Assembly: GCA_943704425.1 (NCBI GenBank)
Contig: CALSCP010001105.1
Coordinates: forward strand, 1-35,045
Direction of reading: 5' to 3'
Origin: Ministeria vibrans ATCC 50519
Lineage: Eukaryota; Protista; Filasterea
DNA length: 35,045 nucleotides
Shown: positions 21,621 to 35,045 of the stretch, piece by piece
Numbering within the stretch: position 1 is the stretch's first letter
How the letters are laid out: each line of letters starts with the position of its first letter
Program-made: the position numbers and the translations under genes
The notes under the pieces: generated by a model
Databases searched by the model: none
The model's input: the letters and a program-made list of their open reading frames with translations, nothing else
Told to the model about the DNA's origin: nothing

Positions 21621-22838
21621 ATGAATGATCTGTTCTTGGCCCCTCCCACCTCGCCGTCCACGCTGTGGTCGCGCTCTTTACTGACCGCACACTGGCAGGA
21701 TCTTGGCGAACTCAACGTGCGTCTTCGGCGCACTGTCAAAGTCAGTCAGTCCCTTCGCACAGTCTCCGCCTCCCATTCACACACCCCTTTTCACATGTAG
21801 GACCTCAATATCACCGAGGTAGACGCAGAAACGGTGCTCCTGGCGGCGCTAGAACACGTCAACGCCAGCCAGCACCGGCATGCGCTGGAATTTCGACATT
21901 TGCGACAAATCCGTCGACTTCTCGCGCGCCTCAACTCCATTGACGTCGCCACGTGCGTACGCTCTTGCCTCATTGCTCTTTTCCCCGATACCACCGCCTC
22001 CGTTGCGTCGCTCCGCGCCTCTGAAACGCCAGGACCGTCGCAAGCAGCCTTTGTCTTTGCTCTCACGCGAACTCTCACTGCCGCCGCACTTGCTCGCAAT
22101 CTCGAGAGCCGCTGCCGGGCAACCGCCACTGAATTCAGTCTGGGCATTGTCGCCGTTACCTTCTTGCCCTTTCGCGTCGTTGTCCTCGGCGCGCTCAGTC
22201 GTCTGGCCATTGTGCTCGCTGTCTTTGCCAAGCGCCTCAGTGCCCTCTACGATGACCTGCGCCCTTGGTGCGACCTTGCTCCCGCACCCTTGTCGCTCAC
22301 AGCTATGAAACCGGACGCCTCTCAAATGATTGATCACGGACTCCCTCTCACTGCAAGCTCTTATCTCGCCACTGTCGAAGCGTACGACGACGCACCACCA
22401 CCCGAACAACCACCCTCTCAGTCATCAGAATCGACCATGGCTACTGCAGCACTCCTAGCCTCCACGACCGCTCACAGCGTGGCTGCCGTCGAGAGTGACG
22501 AAGACGACATGGAGTCGTCCAGACGTCCTCCCCCAACTGAACCCCTCTCAGCGACTGCCTCCGTAGACTTCTTTGCCCTTCTTCCCGCAGGCAAGTCCAC
22601 TCGGCCATCCTCTGCAAAGTCAAGCGCGGACGTGTCTCCTTTGAAGAAAAAGGAGCAGCGCAAACGGAAACGTGTTGACGACAGTGCGTCGGTCGATGCC
22701 AGACCGCCAAAGCTGATGCAACAGCAGCTGCAGCAGCAGCAGCAGCAGAAGAAGAAGAAGAAGAAGAAGGATAGGGAGAAGAAGGAGACAACGAGTACGA
22801 GTCTCTCCGCGCTCGACTCTATCTTTGCTGCTCTCTAA
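21621..22838 (+). CDS. NEPRO: NEPRO/RMP64 (DUF4477, Rmp1-like RNase MRP subunit), 2 exons
   Basis: Exons 21621-21740 and 21801-22838. E..LL..LEHVNASQHRH...LRQIRRLLARL and FLPFRVVVLGALSRL, plus a Lys-rich tail ending LDSIFAAL. Confidence 0.7.
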
Positions 22839-23163
22839 GCGAATACCCACTGCTTTTGTTTTGTGCTGTGTGTGTGTGTGTGTGTGTTATAATATTTTGT
22901 GCTATGTTGTAAACCATAATAATAATAATAGTTGTATCAATGAAATCCGCTCTTACTAACCAACAGTACCCCAATTTTTTTCGTGAGAAACTGAGAATAG
23001 TTCATAGAAGAATAAGTGAGGAGACTAGAAGAGTCGTTCATTGAAAACAAAAAATATAATTATTATAATAATAATAATTATTATTATTTTATTTTTATTA
23101 TTGAAAATTGAAAAAAAATTCTAATCATTCAAACTTCTTTTTCTATCAACTCCGCGCAACACC

Positions 23164-23223
23164 ATGGCCTCTCGAGTCCCGGCACGGTCAACACGACTCG
23201 CCACTCAAACGTAAAAGAACAGA

Positions 23224-23285
<62 letters not shown>

Positions 23286-25415
23286 AGCGCGAAATTCAAA
23301 AACCCAAAATTAAAATCCGTTTTTTGGCTCTTTTTCGTCACAAGGAGTCTCCCAACTCTGTCACAAACCCCTTTATATAACAACAACCATACGACGTCCA
23401 CTGCAGCACTCCCTTTGACCCTCGTTTTGTGGAATTTTGCGTTTCTTTATTTTTCCTTCTTTTCACTCACGTCACTGTTCCGCCACAGAAAATCCGTTGG
23501 GGCACACGCGCTTGAGAAGGAGAACTCGCTCAATGGGACACCTCCAAGCAAGTCTACGCTGCGTTCGTGTCGTGGCGCTGTCTCTGGCGTCCGTGACAGC
23601 GAGCCGCAAACACGAGCCTCGCGACGGACCGCAGCCGCTACGGGCGCAAGCAGGCCGCGGAGCGCGTTCGGACGCTCCGTGCCGACAAGCAGGGACGCCA
23701 ACAGGTCTACCAGCGGCGCGTCCGCTGCGCGGGTCGTCCGGCGCGACGCTCCACCGGCTCCGTCGAAACCGGCAAACACTCGCGCGCAAAACACCTCGAC
23801 AACCTTTCGTGCGCGCCCCATGCCCCAGTTTTCCAAGCTTCAAAAGAGTTGGGACGACAAGGTCAAGGCCAAGGTGGACGCCGGTCGACGCGAAACAGTG
23901 TCTTTCCGGTTGCCGGCACATGCGCCCGCTTCAAAGCCGTCAGCGGCTCCTTCATCGTCGCACGCCGCCAGCTGGTCCAGCCGCAACAGTACCGCCACCG
24001 CTACAAGTGGCGCTGACGACACGGCGGCTCTAATGGATTTTGAGGTGGACTCGGCCGCGATGCGTTCCATCATGGACGGCACGGGTGTTGCTCTGCCCAC
24101 CTCAGCGGATCAGCTGGACCCCGAAGAGCGCGAAATGAAGCGCGCCTCCATCTACCACGGAGCACTGCGAGTGACCCGGAAGCGCGAGCCAGTGGCTCTT
24201 CCACCTGCCAATGGCAGCGCTGGCTTGTTCACCACCAGCGCTCGTCCATTCAAATCACCGGCCGCCATCTCCGCGGCCACTTCCTCAGCGGCAAGCGCCG
24301 CTCGTCGCCACTCACTCTACCAGTCGGCGGGCCGTTGGAACAGCAACAGTGCGGCCGCGACGACGACAACAACACCGTCGCGTCGCACATCCTTCTTCTC
24401 AGTGCTCACTCCCAGCGCCAAGTCGACCACCACTACCGCAGCCACAGCCGCCAACAAGACCCCCATGGGTCTTGCCACACCCGCCCGCCGTCTCACCATT
24501 GGCGCGACAACCGCCGCTCAGACACCACTGTCTACTGTGCGTGCCACCACACCGTACAGTCACAAGAAGAAGAAGCAGAGTGCTCCGAGTGTCACAAACC
24601 GTCGTCTCGTGTTTGCCAGCGAAGACGAACCCACCGCGACGGTGGAAGAGGTCGAGTCTACATTGGCGGCGATGGGGCCAGCGGCACACTCAGAAGAGGA
24701 TCAGCGACGACTTCGTGAACTTGAAGAACTTGAACGTCAGTTGGAAGCGGAACTCAACGGAGAGCTGGATTTGGAGAAGGAAGAGAGGGAGAAGGAAGAG
24801 AGCGCGCGACGCGAAGCTGAGGAGCGCGAAGCGGCCGATGTTGTTGCGCGACAGTTGCTGTTGGCGGAGTTGAGCAAACGCAGAGAGGAAGAAGAGGAAA
24901 AAGAAGTGGAGGAGAAGCAAAAGGAGGAAGAAAGAAGGAGCAAAGAGGCAGAGGAAAAGAAGAGGAACAGAGAGGCAGAGGAAGAGGGGAGGGCGGCGGC
25001 CAAGACACCCCCAAAGACACCAAACGATCTATTGTCGCGATTGCGCTATCATAAGGAGCGACTGTTGCAGCAGAAGCTAATGAAGCAGCAACAACAAGAG
25101 AAGCAACAACAACAACAACAACAACAACAACAGCAAGTGGACGAGGGGGTGTGTTTGAGCACTGTAGAGGGAACAGTGCGTGCGAGTGGGCTGTGGACAG
25201 GCGAAGCGCATGAGGAGTGGAGCACGTCTGTGGCGCGCGGTGAGGGTGCTGTCAATCCTGTTGCCGAGACACTCCATTTGTCTGTGTTTGTGCCCATCTC
25301 AGATGCCATTGCAGCGCAGGCCGAGGAGGAGCTCATTGACGGCGCAAGGGCTGTCGGACAGCAGGGCTCCTGTACTCGAAGGCGATTTCGCCCGCTTGTG
25401 TTGAATGTTGAATAG
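23164..25415 (+). CDS. Tastin/TROAP-like low-complexity microtubule/spindle protein (5' exons uncertain)
   Basis: KEN box; FRARPMPQF; DFEVDSAAMRSIMDGTGV; coiled coil; poly-Gln; C-terminal NPVAETLHLSVFVPI. The main exon runs ~23489-25415. The start at 23164 is a tentative splice model. Confidence 0.5.
23225..23284 (+). repeat. Poly(A) run of ~60 nt, probably intronic
   Basis: Direct reading. Confidence 0.9.
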
Positions 25416-25557
25416 AGTCTCACATGAGAGAAAGAGAGAGAGAGCCAGAGGAAAGGCACGCAGAGGAGGCGAGTCATCTTCATTGTTACAGAGTCATAGT
25501 ATTACAAACAAGGAAATAATTACAGCGAACAAAAATACACAAACACAATCAAGCTTA

Positions 25558-27067
25558 TCATTGAATGGGGACAGAGTAGTATCCGGACTGATGCAAAACA
25601 GATTCGATAATAGCGTGAAGACGCCCATAAGTTAGAGATGCACTAGTCGTAGTCGTAGTCGTAGGACTGGTAGTGGTAGTGGTGGTGGGGGAAGGGGTGT
25701 CGCAGGAGTCGTCGTAAAGAAGAACGGAGAGATCACCTAGGTCGATGGCGACCACCTCGGTGGGGCTGCTCACAAACTATGCGTGTGATTTTTTTATTCA
25801 TATCATTTCACTCTATCTTCTTAGAGGAGGGGTTATTATTATTTTTTACCTTTTGCATTTCTGATTTGAGGCTGCGAGATGGCGTGTGCGTGGCAAAGAG
25901 AGCGTGTTTGTAGCGATTAATGATGCGACGATGAGGATCGCGCGGGACAACGGGCGGGAGTTGGGAGACGTAGATGATCTTGTGGAGCTGATTGAGCATG
26001 ACACTGATTGGATCGTTGAGAGGGCGCACGCGACGTTGCGAGATGTGAAGGAGAGTGGCGCTGGCGGCGGTGGTGGGACGGGAAAACCCGGTGAGGGGCG
26101 TCATGGAACGGGCGAGGTTAGTGTCCGAGGCGCGGCGACGACGCACCACGGCGGGAGATGCAGCAGCAGCGGTGGTGTTGGGCAATGCGGTTGCTTTTGA
26201 GGGTGGAGGAACAAGTGGCGGGACAGGCTGGGTGGATATTGCAGCGGAAGAGGTGGAGAACGAGCGGGGATGGAGGGCAGAGAGGCGTGCACGGTGGTGC
26301 TGGTTGACGTAACCGGTGGCCGGTGAGGTGGGCAGTGGACCACTCAGATGCGCGGCCAAGTCACGCATCTCCTTGGCTCCCTGACTAATCATACTTATGC
26401 TGCTGTTGCTTTCTTCGCCTCGTGGAGTGCCAATGGTGCGCACAAGCTTGTCATGGCTCTCTTGGTGTGCCAGGAATAGTCGATGGTAGTTTTGTCGATT
26501 GCGGTCCGCCTCAATAACTTGTCTATGCACAATAGGTTTGAAGCGGGAATGAAACGGTCCACCGGAGCATGTCTGTTAACATGTGTCTGTATATTATATA
26601 TGACTAGTTACATATACCTTTGACTGTGCTGTCGTTCTCGTTCCAGCTCACTCTGCATCTCACACATCTGTCGATTCAGGCGGTCCATCTCAAGCACTAG
26701 CACAGGCGCAAGCAGCGCACATACCTAACACGGGAAAAACACAAGAAAAAAGAATTTTAACTCAGCGTGTCGCACTTTGCGCGTTCACTTGTTCGTTGGG
26801 TACTTGAAGGATATCAGGCCGCACAGTGGGATCGGGAGTTAAGCAGCTCTCAACAATAGTCTTGAGCAACGGCACACACTCATAGCGAGGATAATCAGCA
26901 GTGACGATCTTGGTCGCAAGAGAGAGCATGTTGGGCGAGTGAAAGGGAGGCTGGAAGGAGGGCGAGCCCATCTGGTGCAAAATGCACCCCAGCGACCAGA
27001 TGTCCGCTTTCTCAGTGTACGGCTCATGTTGGATGATTTCGGGACTGCCAAAAATTAAAAGAATCAA

Positions 27068-27140
<73 letters not shown>

Positions 27141-27257
27141 NNNNNNNNCAGAGCGACGATGCACGGTTGGCTGCGCGCAAGAGTGCCGAAGCTGAGCGAA
27201 TGGCCAAGAGGGCCCTTGAGAGGTACGTACTCTGTCAAGCTGAGATTGTGTGTGTGT

Positions 27258-27307
<50 letters not shown>

Positions 27308-30300
27308 AATGTATGTGTGTGTAAGGGAGAAAGTGAGTCAGGAACGTATAAGTATCTATAATTTACCAAGAGTAAGTGATTGTGCCTACGACCGACCGCA
27401 TTGTGCTCATGTCTTCATCGCACTGTCGCGCAAGACCAAAATCAGCTACAAATTTAACAATAACAAAGTGAAATATCCTGATTTAGTAAACAACGTCGAT
27501 AGCGGTGCAACATGTGTTTGACACTGACTGATTTTAACAGTGTTGTGATCGTCCAGCATAATATTCGCTGGTTTCAGATCCCGATGAATCACTTTCTTCT
27601 CCACATGCAAATAGCGAAGTCCCTGCACAATCTGAAAAGTACAAGAGCATTTGACACAGACGTCAGATTTAGATCAAAAATTACATTATGACAATGAAAT
27701 TGGAATTTCTCATACTTGCGTAAAAATGCGCCAGAGTGACTCTTCGGAGAGCAATTTTTTCTTCTCTCTGAGTGAGTTGAAGTGATCCGAAAGTGATGTT
27801 CCCTCAATAAGCTCCATAATCACGTACAGTTTCTCGTCTAAACAATATTCAACATTATGTGTTTTTTTCTGTTTTCGTTCTTGCCTTACTTTCCATAAAA
27901 GACTTGTAGTAGCGAACAACATTTGGGTGCCGCAACTAAAAGTGCAAAGAGAGCCATTATAAAAACATAAAGCCACAGAAAACGAATATATATATATAAT
28001 TATTTATAATGTTTACGTTTGTCTGAATGATCTGCGTCTCATTCACACTTGAATAAGATTTGTTTTTCCGTTTGGGCGACCCATCGACCGCAGTCAAAGC
28101 TGCACTGTCGGCGATGCCGTGCTCTTGCGCCATCGTGCTGTGCTCTGCACTGTAACTCATTTCTTGTGCGTCGTTTCCACCGTAAAGATAGAAAGATTTG
28201 TTGGTGTGGTTTCCTCCTTTCAAAGGAATCTATACAATTATAGTAAAATTAATAAAATGAAATGATTAATCATTTAATAAGATGAAAAAGATTGTAATAA
28301 AAATCAGTACGCCAATTCAACAAAAAAATGGAAGATTGTCACATACCTCTTTGAGCGCATATAAATTTCTTCCACCTGTCTTCTTCCTGACTTTGTAGAC
28401 ACTGCCAAACGCACCGCGACCCAATAAGTGCATGATGGTAAACCCTCCGACAGACCACTGCGCCGCACTGTTAGAGTGCTGCTGGTTCAATGCACTCACT
28501 GAGCCCACAAGTCGCTGAAATCCCACACTCTAAGAGACACACAGAACAAATTCGTTTCATCTGTTTCGTCGCATACGTCTGGCACTCATATAATGTACGT
28601 ACGGTCAGTTGTTCAAGTTTGACGCAGAGTGGCTGATAAAGCAACAGGTCCGTTGTGTAATGGCCAATGTCAATGAAGAGCTCAAACAAATCTGCATCAA
28701 AGAGTCGTTTGAATACTGAACGATTGCGCTCGACGGAAAACAGAAAGCGCAACGCACGAAAAGCGTAACACTAGGGGAAAAAGAATGGAAATTAGTCGCT
28801 TGCAAGACGCGCTGGTTTGACTAATCATTCGCTCAAACAAACACAACTAACTTGAAGAAAAACGACAAGCGCATTGTCCTCGGAGTGAGCATCCGATACA
28901 CGCCTGTAGTTGTGTTTTGCCATCGCGCTCTCAGGAGGGAACGCCTCGAGTCCTTCTGTGGTCTGTGGGGGCACATTGCGCACGAGACTGGCATCGTCCC
29001 ACTTGCGTTTAAGCAGCAGCCACCGCGCCAGCAAGTACACGGCATTGAGTGCGACCAGTTGAATAGCATTGGCGTCAATCAGTGCCAGTTGCGTGAGGGC
29101 AGAGCACACTGCGCTAGCCAGAGATAGAGTGCGTCGTTGCTCGTTGCTCTGCAGCTGCTGTCCACTCACACTCCCTTGATCATTGCTCTCTGTTAGTACA
29201 ACGCGATGCCATCCGCCAATTTCAGTCGTCTTTTCATGCATGGTCCTACACAATACAATAGTAAAGACGTGATAATAATATTATTATAATAATAATATCA
29301 TTATAATTTTAGTGTTGTTTGTTTTACTGGAGCACTGAGAGCATCAAAGGGAGTCCGCCCATTGCACTGATGTCCTTGCTTGTCTGTGGGTCCCGTGCCA
29401 GCTTTTCAAGCACACCCACAACCTGACGTGCTGTCACAAGATCATCCACATTGACCATCCTATAGATATGATGGACAAAGAGTAAAAACAAAATTGTTAT
29501 TAGTACAAGTCATGTTCGATGTGGAATCACATGTGCACCAAGTTAGCACCTGAGCAAAGTGGCAAGTCCGTCGTTTCCAAGAATTGCCTGACGCGTCTGC
29601 TCGTCGGTGGCGAGGGCACGAAGCAGCTCTGCAGCCATGCGCTTGGATGCCACCTGGTGCTCCTGCAGAATGAGCAGCAGTACATCAGTAATGTTGTGTT
29701 CGCCTATGAGCCAGCGCAGGCGTTCGGTGCGCGACAGAAGGGATAGCGCTGCGAGTGAGCATTGTACGAGGACTTGATCATTGCTTGACAGCAGCACACT
29801 CAGTGTCTCGTGGATCCCACACGCCACAATCCATTCGCGTTGCGCCTCTTCGCTTGCCAGTTTCTGACAAATACCTACAGGGTTTAGGGTTGGGGTTGGA
29901 GTGTGTCATCTCTAGCTAGGTCCGTCCGTCGTAGGCTTGTCGTCGACGTCTTACTCGACATTTCAATCAGCTGGTCGAGCAACACCAGATTGTCTGAGCC
30001 TGCAAAGAGCGCATCTGATGCCTGGCGTAGCAGATCTGAAAGACTCTTTAGGCCGCCCAGTTGAAAAAAAAGGCGCTAACAGGAAGTCCATCAGTGTCAA
30101 GGATGATGTTGAACAATGAGTTGGAATTATTATTAATTAATCGTACTTGAAAGGCCCGATCACGCATAAAAACGCGAAGACACTGTAGAATCTGAAGAAG
30201 ATGGTAGGGATTCGCCGATTCAATCCAATTCCTAAACAAACATCGACACAATTTTCAATCAATTTCATTACCACAAGTTCATTCGTGTTAGCGATATCGC

Positions 30301-30684
30301 TTTCCTCACACAGTCCTTTTTTTACCTTTGACACAGCCGTTGTTGCACCAGTAAAGAGAAGAGTACGTCAAAACGCTGCCGTGCCTCTAGCTCGGTCGGA
30401 AATGCGTATGTGTCGCGATGGAAACGCACAAAATCCTTCAGAGTTTCCATTTCCGTTTCGATGGCGGCCGCTCGCACGTTGCGATGCGCATCCTGACGGT
30501 CGATGCTGTCTCGCAGCGGTGAGGCGCTGCGTACGTCGCCTTCGTCGTCGTATATGTCGTCAGCCGATGAGAGAGCGTCAACGGCCGTTTCCAGACATGC
30601 GATGAGTGTCTCCAGCATTGTGTGAGAGTCATCGCCTTTAATAACACCGCCGCCGGCATCATGCCGACGAGGTGATGAACTCAT
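25558..30684 (-). CDS. NEK10: NIMA-related kinase 10 (ARM repeats + kinase + C-terminal domain), many exons
   Basis: LLQILQCLRVFMRD; LRFLFSVERNRSVFKRLF..FIDIGHY; LGRGAFGSVYKVRKK; HRDLKPANIML; DFGLARQ; GTITYSCPE; RRVRPLNDPI..LHKIIYVSQLPP; IIESVLHQSGYY. Confidence 0.95.
27073..27302 (+). repeat. Two (TG)n microsatellites flanking an 8-N gap and a short unique insert in a NEK10 intron
   Basis: TG runs at ~27073-27140 and ~27248-27302; Ns at 27141-27148. Confidence 0.9.
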
Positions 30685-30874
30685 GGACGAAGAAAAGTAA
30701 TTCAAGATAATTTTTTGATCAATACTAAATGTATATTGTGAAAAAGTTAGGGCTCTAACAACGTAACTGTGAAGATGCCAGGGGGCATATTGTGTATACA
30801 GTATAGCGTCAATCTTTTAAAAATAGTATTTATTTTATTTTACACAATGGACAAAGAAAGAGACGCGCACCGAC

Positions 30875-32279
<1,405 letters not shown>

Positions 32280-32433
32280 CTAATGAAAGCCAAAAGGATT
32301 AAAGGAAACTTGAATGAAAGTCAAACGACAAATCACAAACCTCATTTTCCGATCAAAGAGTCAAAATCAATCGAATAATCAATCAAATATCCATCAACGG
32401 TTCGCTTGTTCCACGACTTGGGTGCACTCAACC

Positions 32434-33168
32434 ATGTATGCTGGCGACGAGGGGATCAAGAAGCAAGGGCTGCTTCTGAAACGCGCTCAGGTACACACCG
32501 ACCGCTCTCTCTCTCCCTACACGCCCCCTCTCGCTCTCCTTTCCCCATCAACGTTCTCTCCTTCGTCTTCCCCCTCTTCCTCTCCCCCCTCCTTGTGCGA
32601 ATCTCTCTCTCTTTTTTTTTCTATAGTGTTGTTCGAAAAAAAAAAAAAAACCTCTCGTCGAAAAGTGAGACGTTTTGCGTTTTCCTCGTTGATTCACCGC
32701 ACCGCCTTCGTTGTGTGGCCCTATCGTTTCCGTATCGATGGGATTCGGTTGGTTTCATGGTGTGTGTGTACTCACAACGAGCGAATTGGAGACATTGTGT
32801 GTTTTTTTTTTCCTTTCTTTTTTTGCTTTTTGCCTTTTTTTTTTTTCTTGTCGTTTGAGTTTGACTTTCTTTCTCTCACTCTCTCTGCTGTGTGGGGGGC
32901 GCACGACGCCTGTCCTGGGGGCGTCCGTGTCATGTGTGTGTTGTACTGGGCAGTGGGAGGGTGTGGGCTTCTGTCGTGCGGTGCAGACAGAGGATTGATT
33001 GATTTGTGTGTGATGCGTAGGGCAAGAGCAAGTTTACCCTGGTGAAGCGATTCCAAGAGCGCTTCTTTGTGCTGACGCCCAAGCACTTCCGCTACTACGA
33101 CTCGGGGCATGCGGTAAGAGGAGGTGGACGTGTCCACACTGGCATGCCGCTCGTCTCTGATTTGTGGT

Positions 33169-33199
<31 letters not shown>

Positions 33200-35019
33200 G
33201 ACAGGACGCAAGCAAGCTCAAGGGGGACGTTGAGTCGCGCTACATCAAAGCAGTGGAGCTCGTTGACGAAGAGGCGTTTGGTCGAAAGCATATGTTTCAG
33301 GTGATTCATATTGATGCTACGCTGTACCTTGAAGCCGCAAACACGGAAGATCGCGATTTGTGGATTGACGCACTCCGATCAGGTTAGGAAAGGATTGGTT
33401 CTATTTATTATGCTTGACACTATGTTTTGACCGTTTTTTTTTTGCCTTAGCTGCCACTGTGAGCCTTAACAAACTGAGCCATTACCACAGCGGTGCCTTT
33501 TTAAAACAATGGACTTGCTGCCAGAACCAAGATCCCAACGCATGGGGATGCAGCGACACCACCCGCATTGGCGAACGTAACCGCGCCCAAATATGTTGCT
33601 CCGTTTGTGTGTGTGTGTGTGTTGTTTGCGTGTTTTGCAAACTCACTTGTTGTTGTTCTTTTGATAGATACTCGAGTTGAGAGCGTTCTCGATGAGCGTG
33701 CAGCAGCAGAGGCTGCAGCGGAGCGGTCGAATGAAGAGGGCGGCAACACAGCGCGCCTGAACGACAGCGAAGTTCCCATTCCCAAAGACGACTTTGGCTA
33801 CGACAACTCCAACGAGGTCGAGTACGACGACGTGGCTCCCATTGAGGATGGGCCTCCGCAACAGCCCATCGTCCCCGTTGTACCCACCACCACTACTACT
33901 ACTACTACCACCACTACTACACCTACAACAACTACAGACGCAGCCGAAGCAAGTGTGGACACGGAAGAGGACTATGTCGAGCCCGTTGTTCCCGGCGACA
34001 CACACACCGAAACACCAGCCGCCCCATCTCCCACCGCTACGGCAGCAGTTGAGACGGATGCGGCAGCAGTAGCAGTAGCAGCACCTGCAATTCCATCTGT
34101 CCTCCACGGCTACACTCCACTTGACATGTCGCAGCGCGACTCGGACGCAACCCTCGACAACGCAGACACAAACACAGCACCAGCGCCACCCGCAGCAGAC
34201 GCAAGCGCCTCTGCCTCGCAGCCTCCCGACGACGACGAGTATGACGAGATAAAAAATGTCGAAATTGGCGCATCCAACGCAGGTAAAAAAACGATTGTCT
34301 TTTGTTTTCTATTTGGACTGCCCTCACAATTTAAATTGTATATACTTGCACAGATGCGGATGATGACAGTGTGGTGCCAAGCAACAGTACCGGGGATGGG
34401 CTTGACCTGCGGAACAACATTGAGTTCCTTGTACGCGCAATGCACGCCTTCTCGTCGGTCATGGACGGCGACTTGACTCTCGTCAAGGGCGAGCGCTATG
34501 TCGTCGAGGACACTAGTGGTGGCAACTGGTGGCTGGCCCGCAACAAGACCCTTGCAACGGGCTTTATTCCCTCGAACTATGTTGTGCGTGTTGGTGATTT
34601 GATGGAGCAAGAGTAAGTGGAAGTGTCTCACCCACAAACACGCACACACCCACACACCCACACACTAACTATACTCTTTATCACTTTGTTGCTCGATCTA
34701 TCACTGGTTTCTCTCTATCACTTTGTTTTTCTCTCTCTTTCTCTTTACCACTTACTCTATCGTTCTCTTTCTTGATGCTCTCTCTTTTTCTAACACACTC
34801 TCTCTCTTTTTGTTTTGCAGGTGGTACCACGGTCCGCTGATGCGCGAGAAGGCAGTGACGCTACTGCGTGTGCGTGGTGCCGATGGGATGTTCCTGGTGC
34901 GCGAGAGCGAAACCAAAAAGGACACCTTTACCATCTCATTGCGCCATAAAGGAGCTATTAAGCACTATCGCATCAATGTGTCCCCTTCTCACCTTTACTA
35001 TGTCAACGAGAAGAAGCAG
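32434..35019 (+). CDS. TEC: Tec/Btk-family cytoplasmic tyrosine kinase: PH-BTK Zn motif-linker-SH3-SH2 (continues beyond the window)
   Basis: PH: GLLLKRAQ|GKSKFTLVKRFQERFFVL..WIDALR. BTK motif: YHSGAFLKQWTCCQNQDPNAWGC. SH3: VRAMHAF..DLTLVKGE..NWWLAR..GFIPSNYV. SH2: WYHG..GMFLVRES..KHYRI. The kinase domain is not visible here. Confidence 0.85.
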
Positions 35020-35045
35020 GTACTTTTTTTTTTTTTTGGGGGGGG

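Noticed and set aside
23225-23284. Poly(A) as a retroposon tail
   Set aside because: No target-site duplication or recognisable element body upstream.
29876-29899. Telomere-like GGGTTTAGGGTTGGGGTTGG
   Set aside because: Only 3-4 degenerate units forming the C-rich 3' end of a NEK10 intron.
30747-30762. Possible RFX half-site upstream of NEK10 (GTTGTTAG on the minus strand)
   Set aside because: Half-site only, too short to distinguish from chance.
32491-33020. Continuation of the 243-aa ORF 32314-33045
   Set aside because: Low-complexity first intron of the Tec gene (GTACAC...TAG).

Overview
Compact, intron-rich eukaryotic DNA with short GT-AG introns and many (TC)n, (TG)n and (ATA)n microsatellites. 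A Tec-type PH-BTK-SH3-SH2 gene sits together with ciliary genes (CFAP73/CCDC42-like, CFAP206, NEK10), a UBE2L3-like E2 and a PDZD8-like gene. With the very short intergenic spaces, this suggests a flagellated unicellular relative of animals (inference). I spliced about 17 genes by eye, in order: the last exon of an upstream gene, a bacterial-type MFS transporter, a lipase_3 + GTPase fusion, a GT92-like glycosyltransferase, a GT91/GH130-like propeller protein, CFAP73, CFAP206, an EF-hand + PDZD8-like SMP protein (truncated), a UBE2L3-like E2, a stand-alone RNase III, an unknown acidic protein, RABEPK, NEPRO/RMP64, a Tastin-like protein, NEK10, CDK5 and Tec (runs off the window). The most interesting items: (1) a signal peptide/luminal EF-hand/TM/SMP protein that may couple ER Ca2+ to lipid transfer; (2) a membrane-anchored lipase-GTPase fusion, a candidate defence or membrane-remodelling effector; (3) an RFX X-box in the ~110-bp bidirectional promoter of two ciliary genes; (4) intermediate catalytic residues in the UBE2L3-like E2 and NEK10; (5) a dsRBD-less RNase III that could be spliced to the E2; (6) a recurrent sense-strand intronic 11-mer, TATCACTTTGT. 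Two probable assembly artefacts lie at microsatellites. All family assignments come from motif recognition and recalled sequences; no searches were run.
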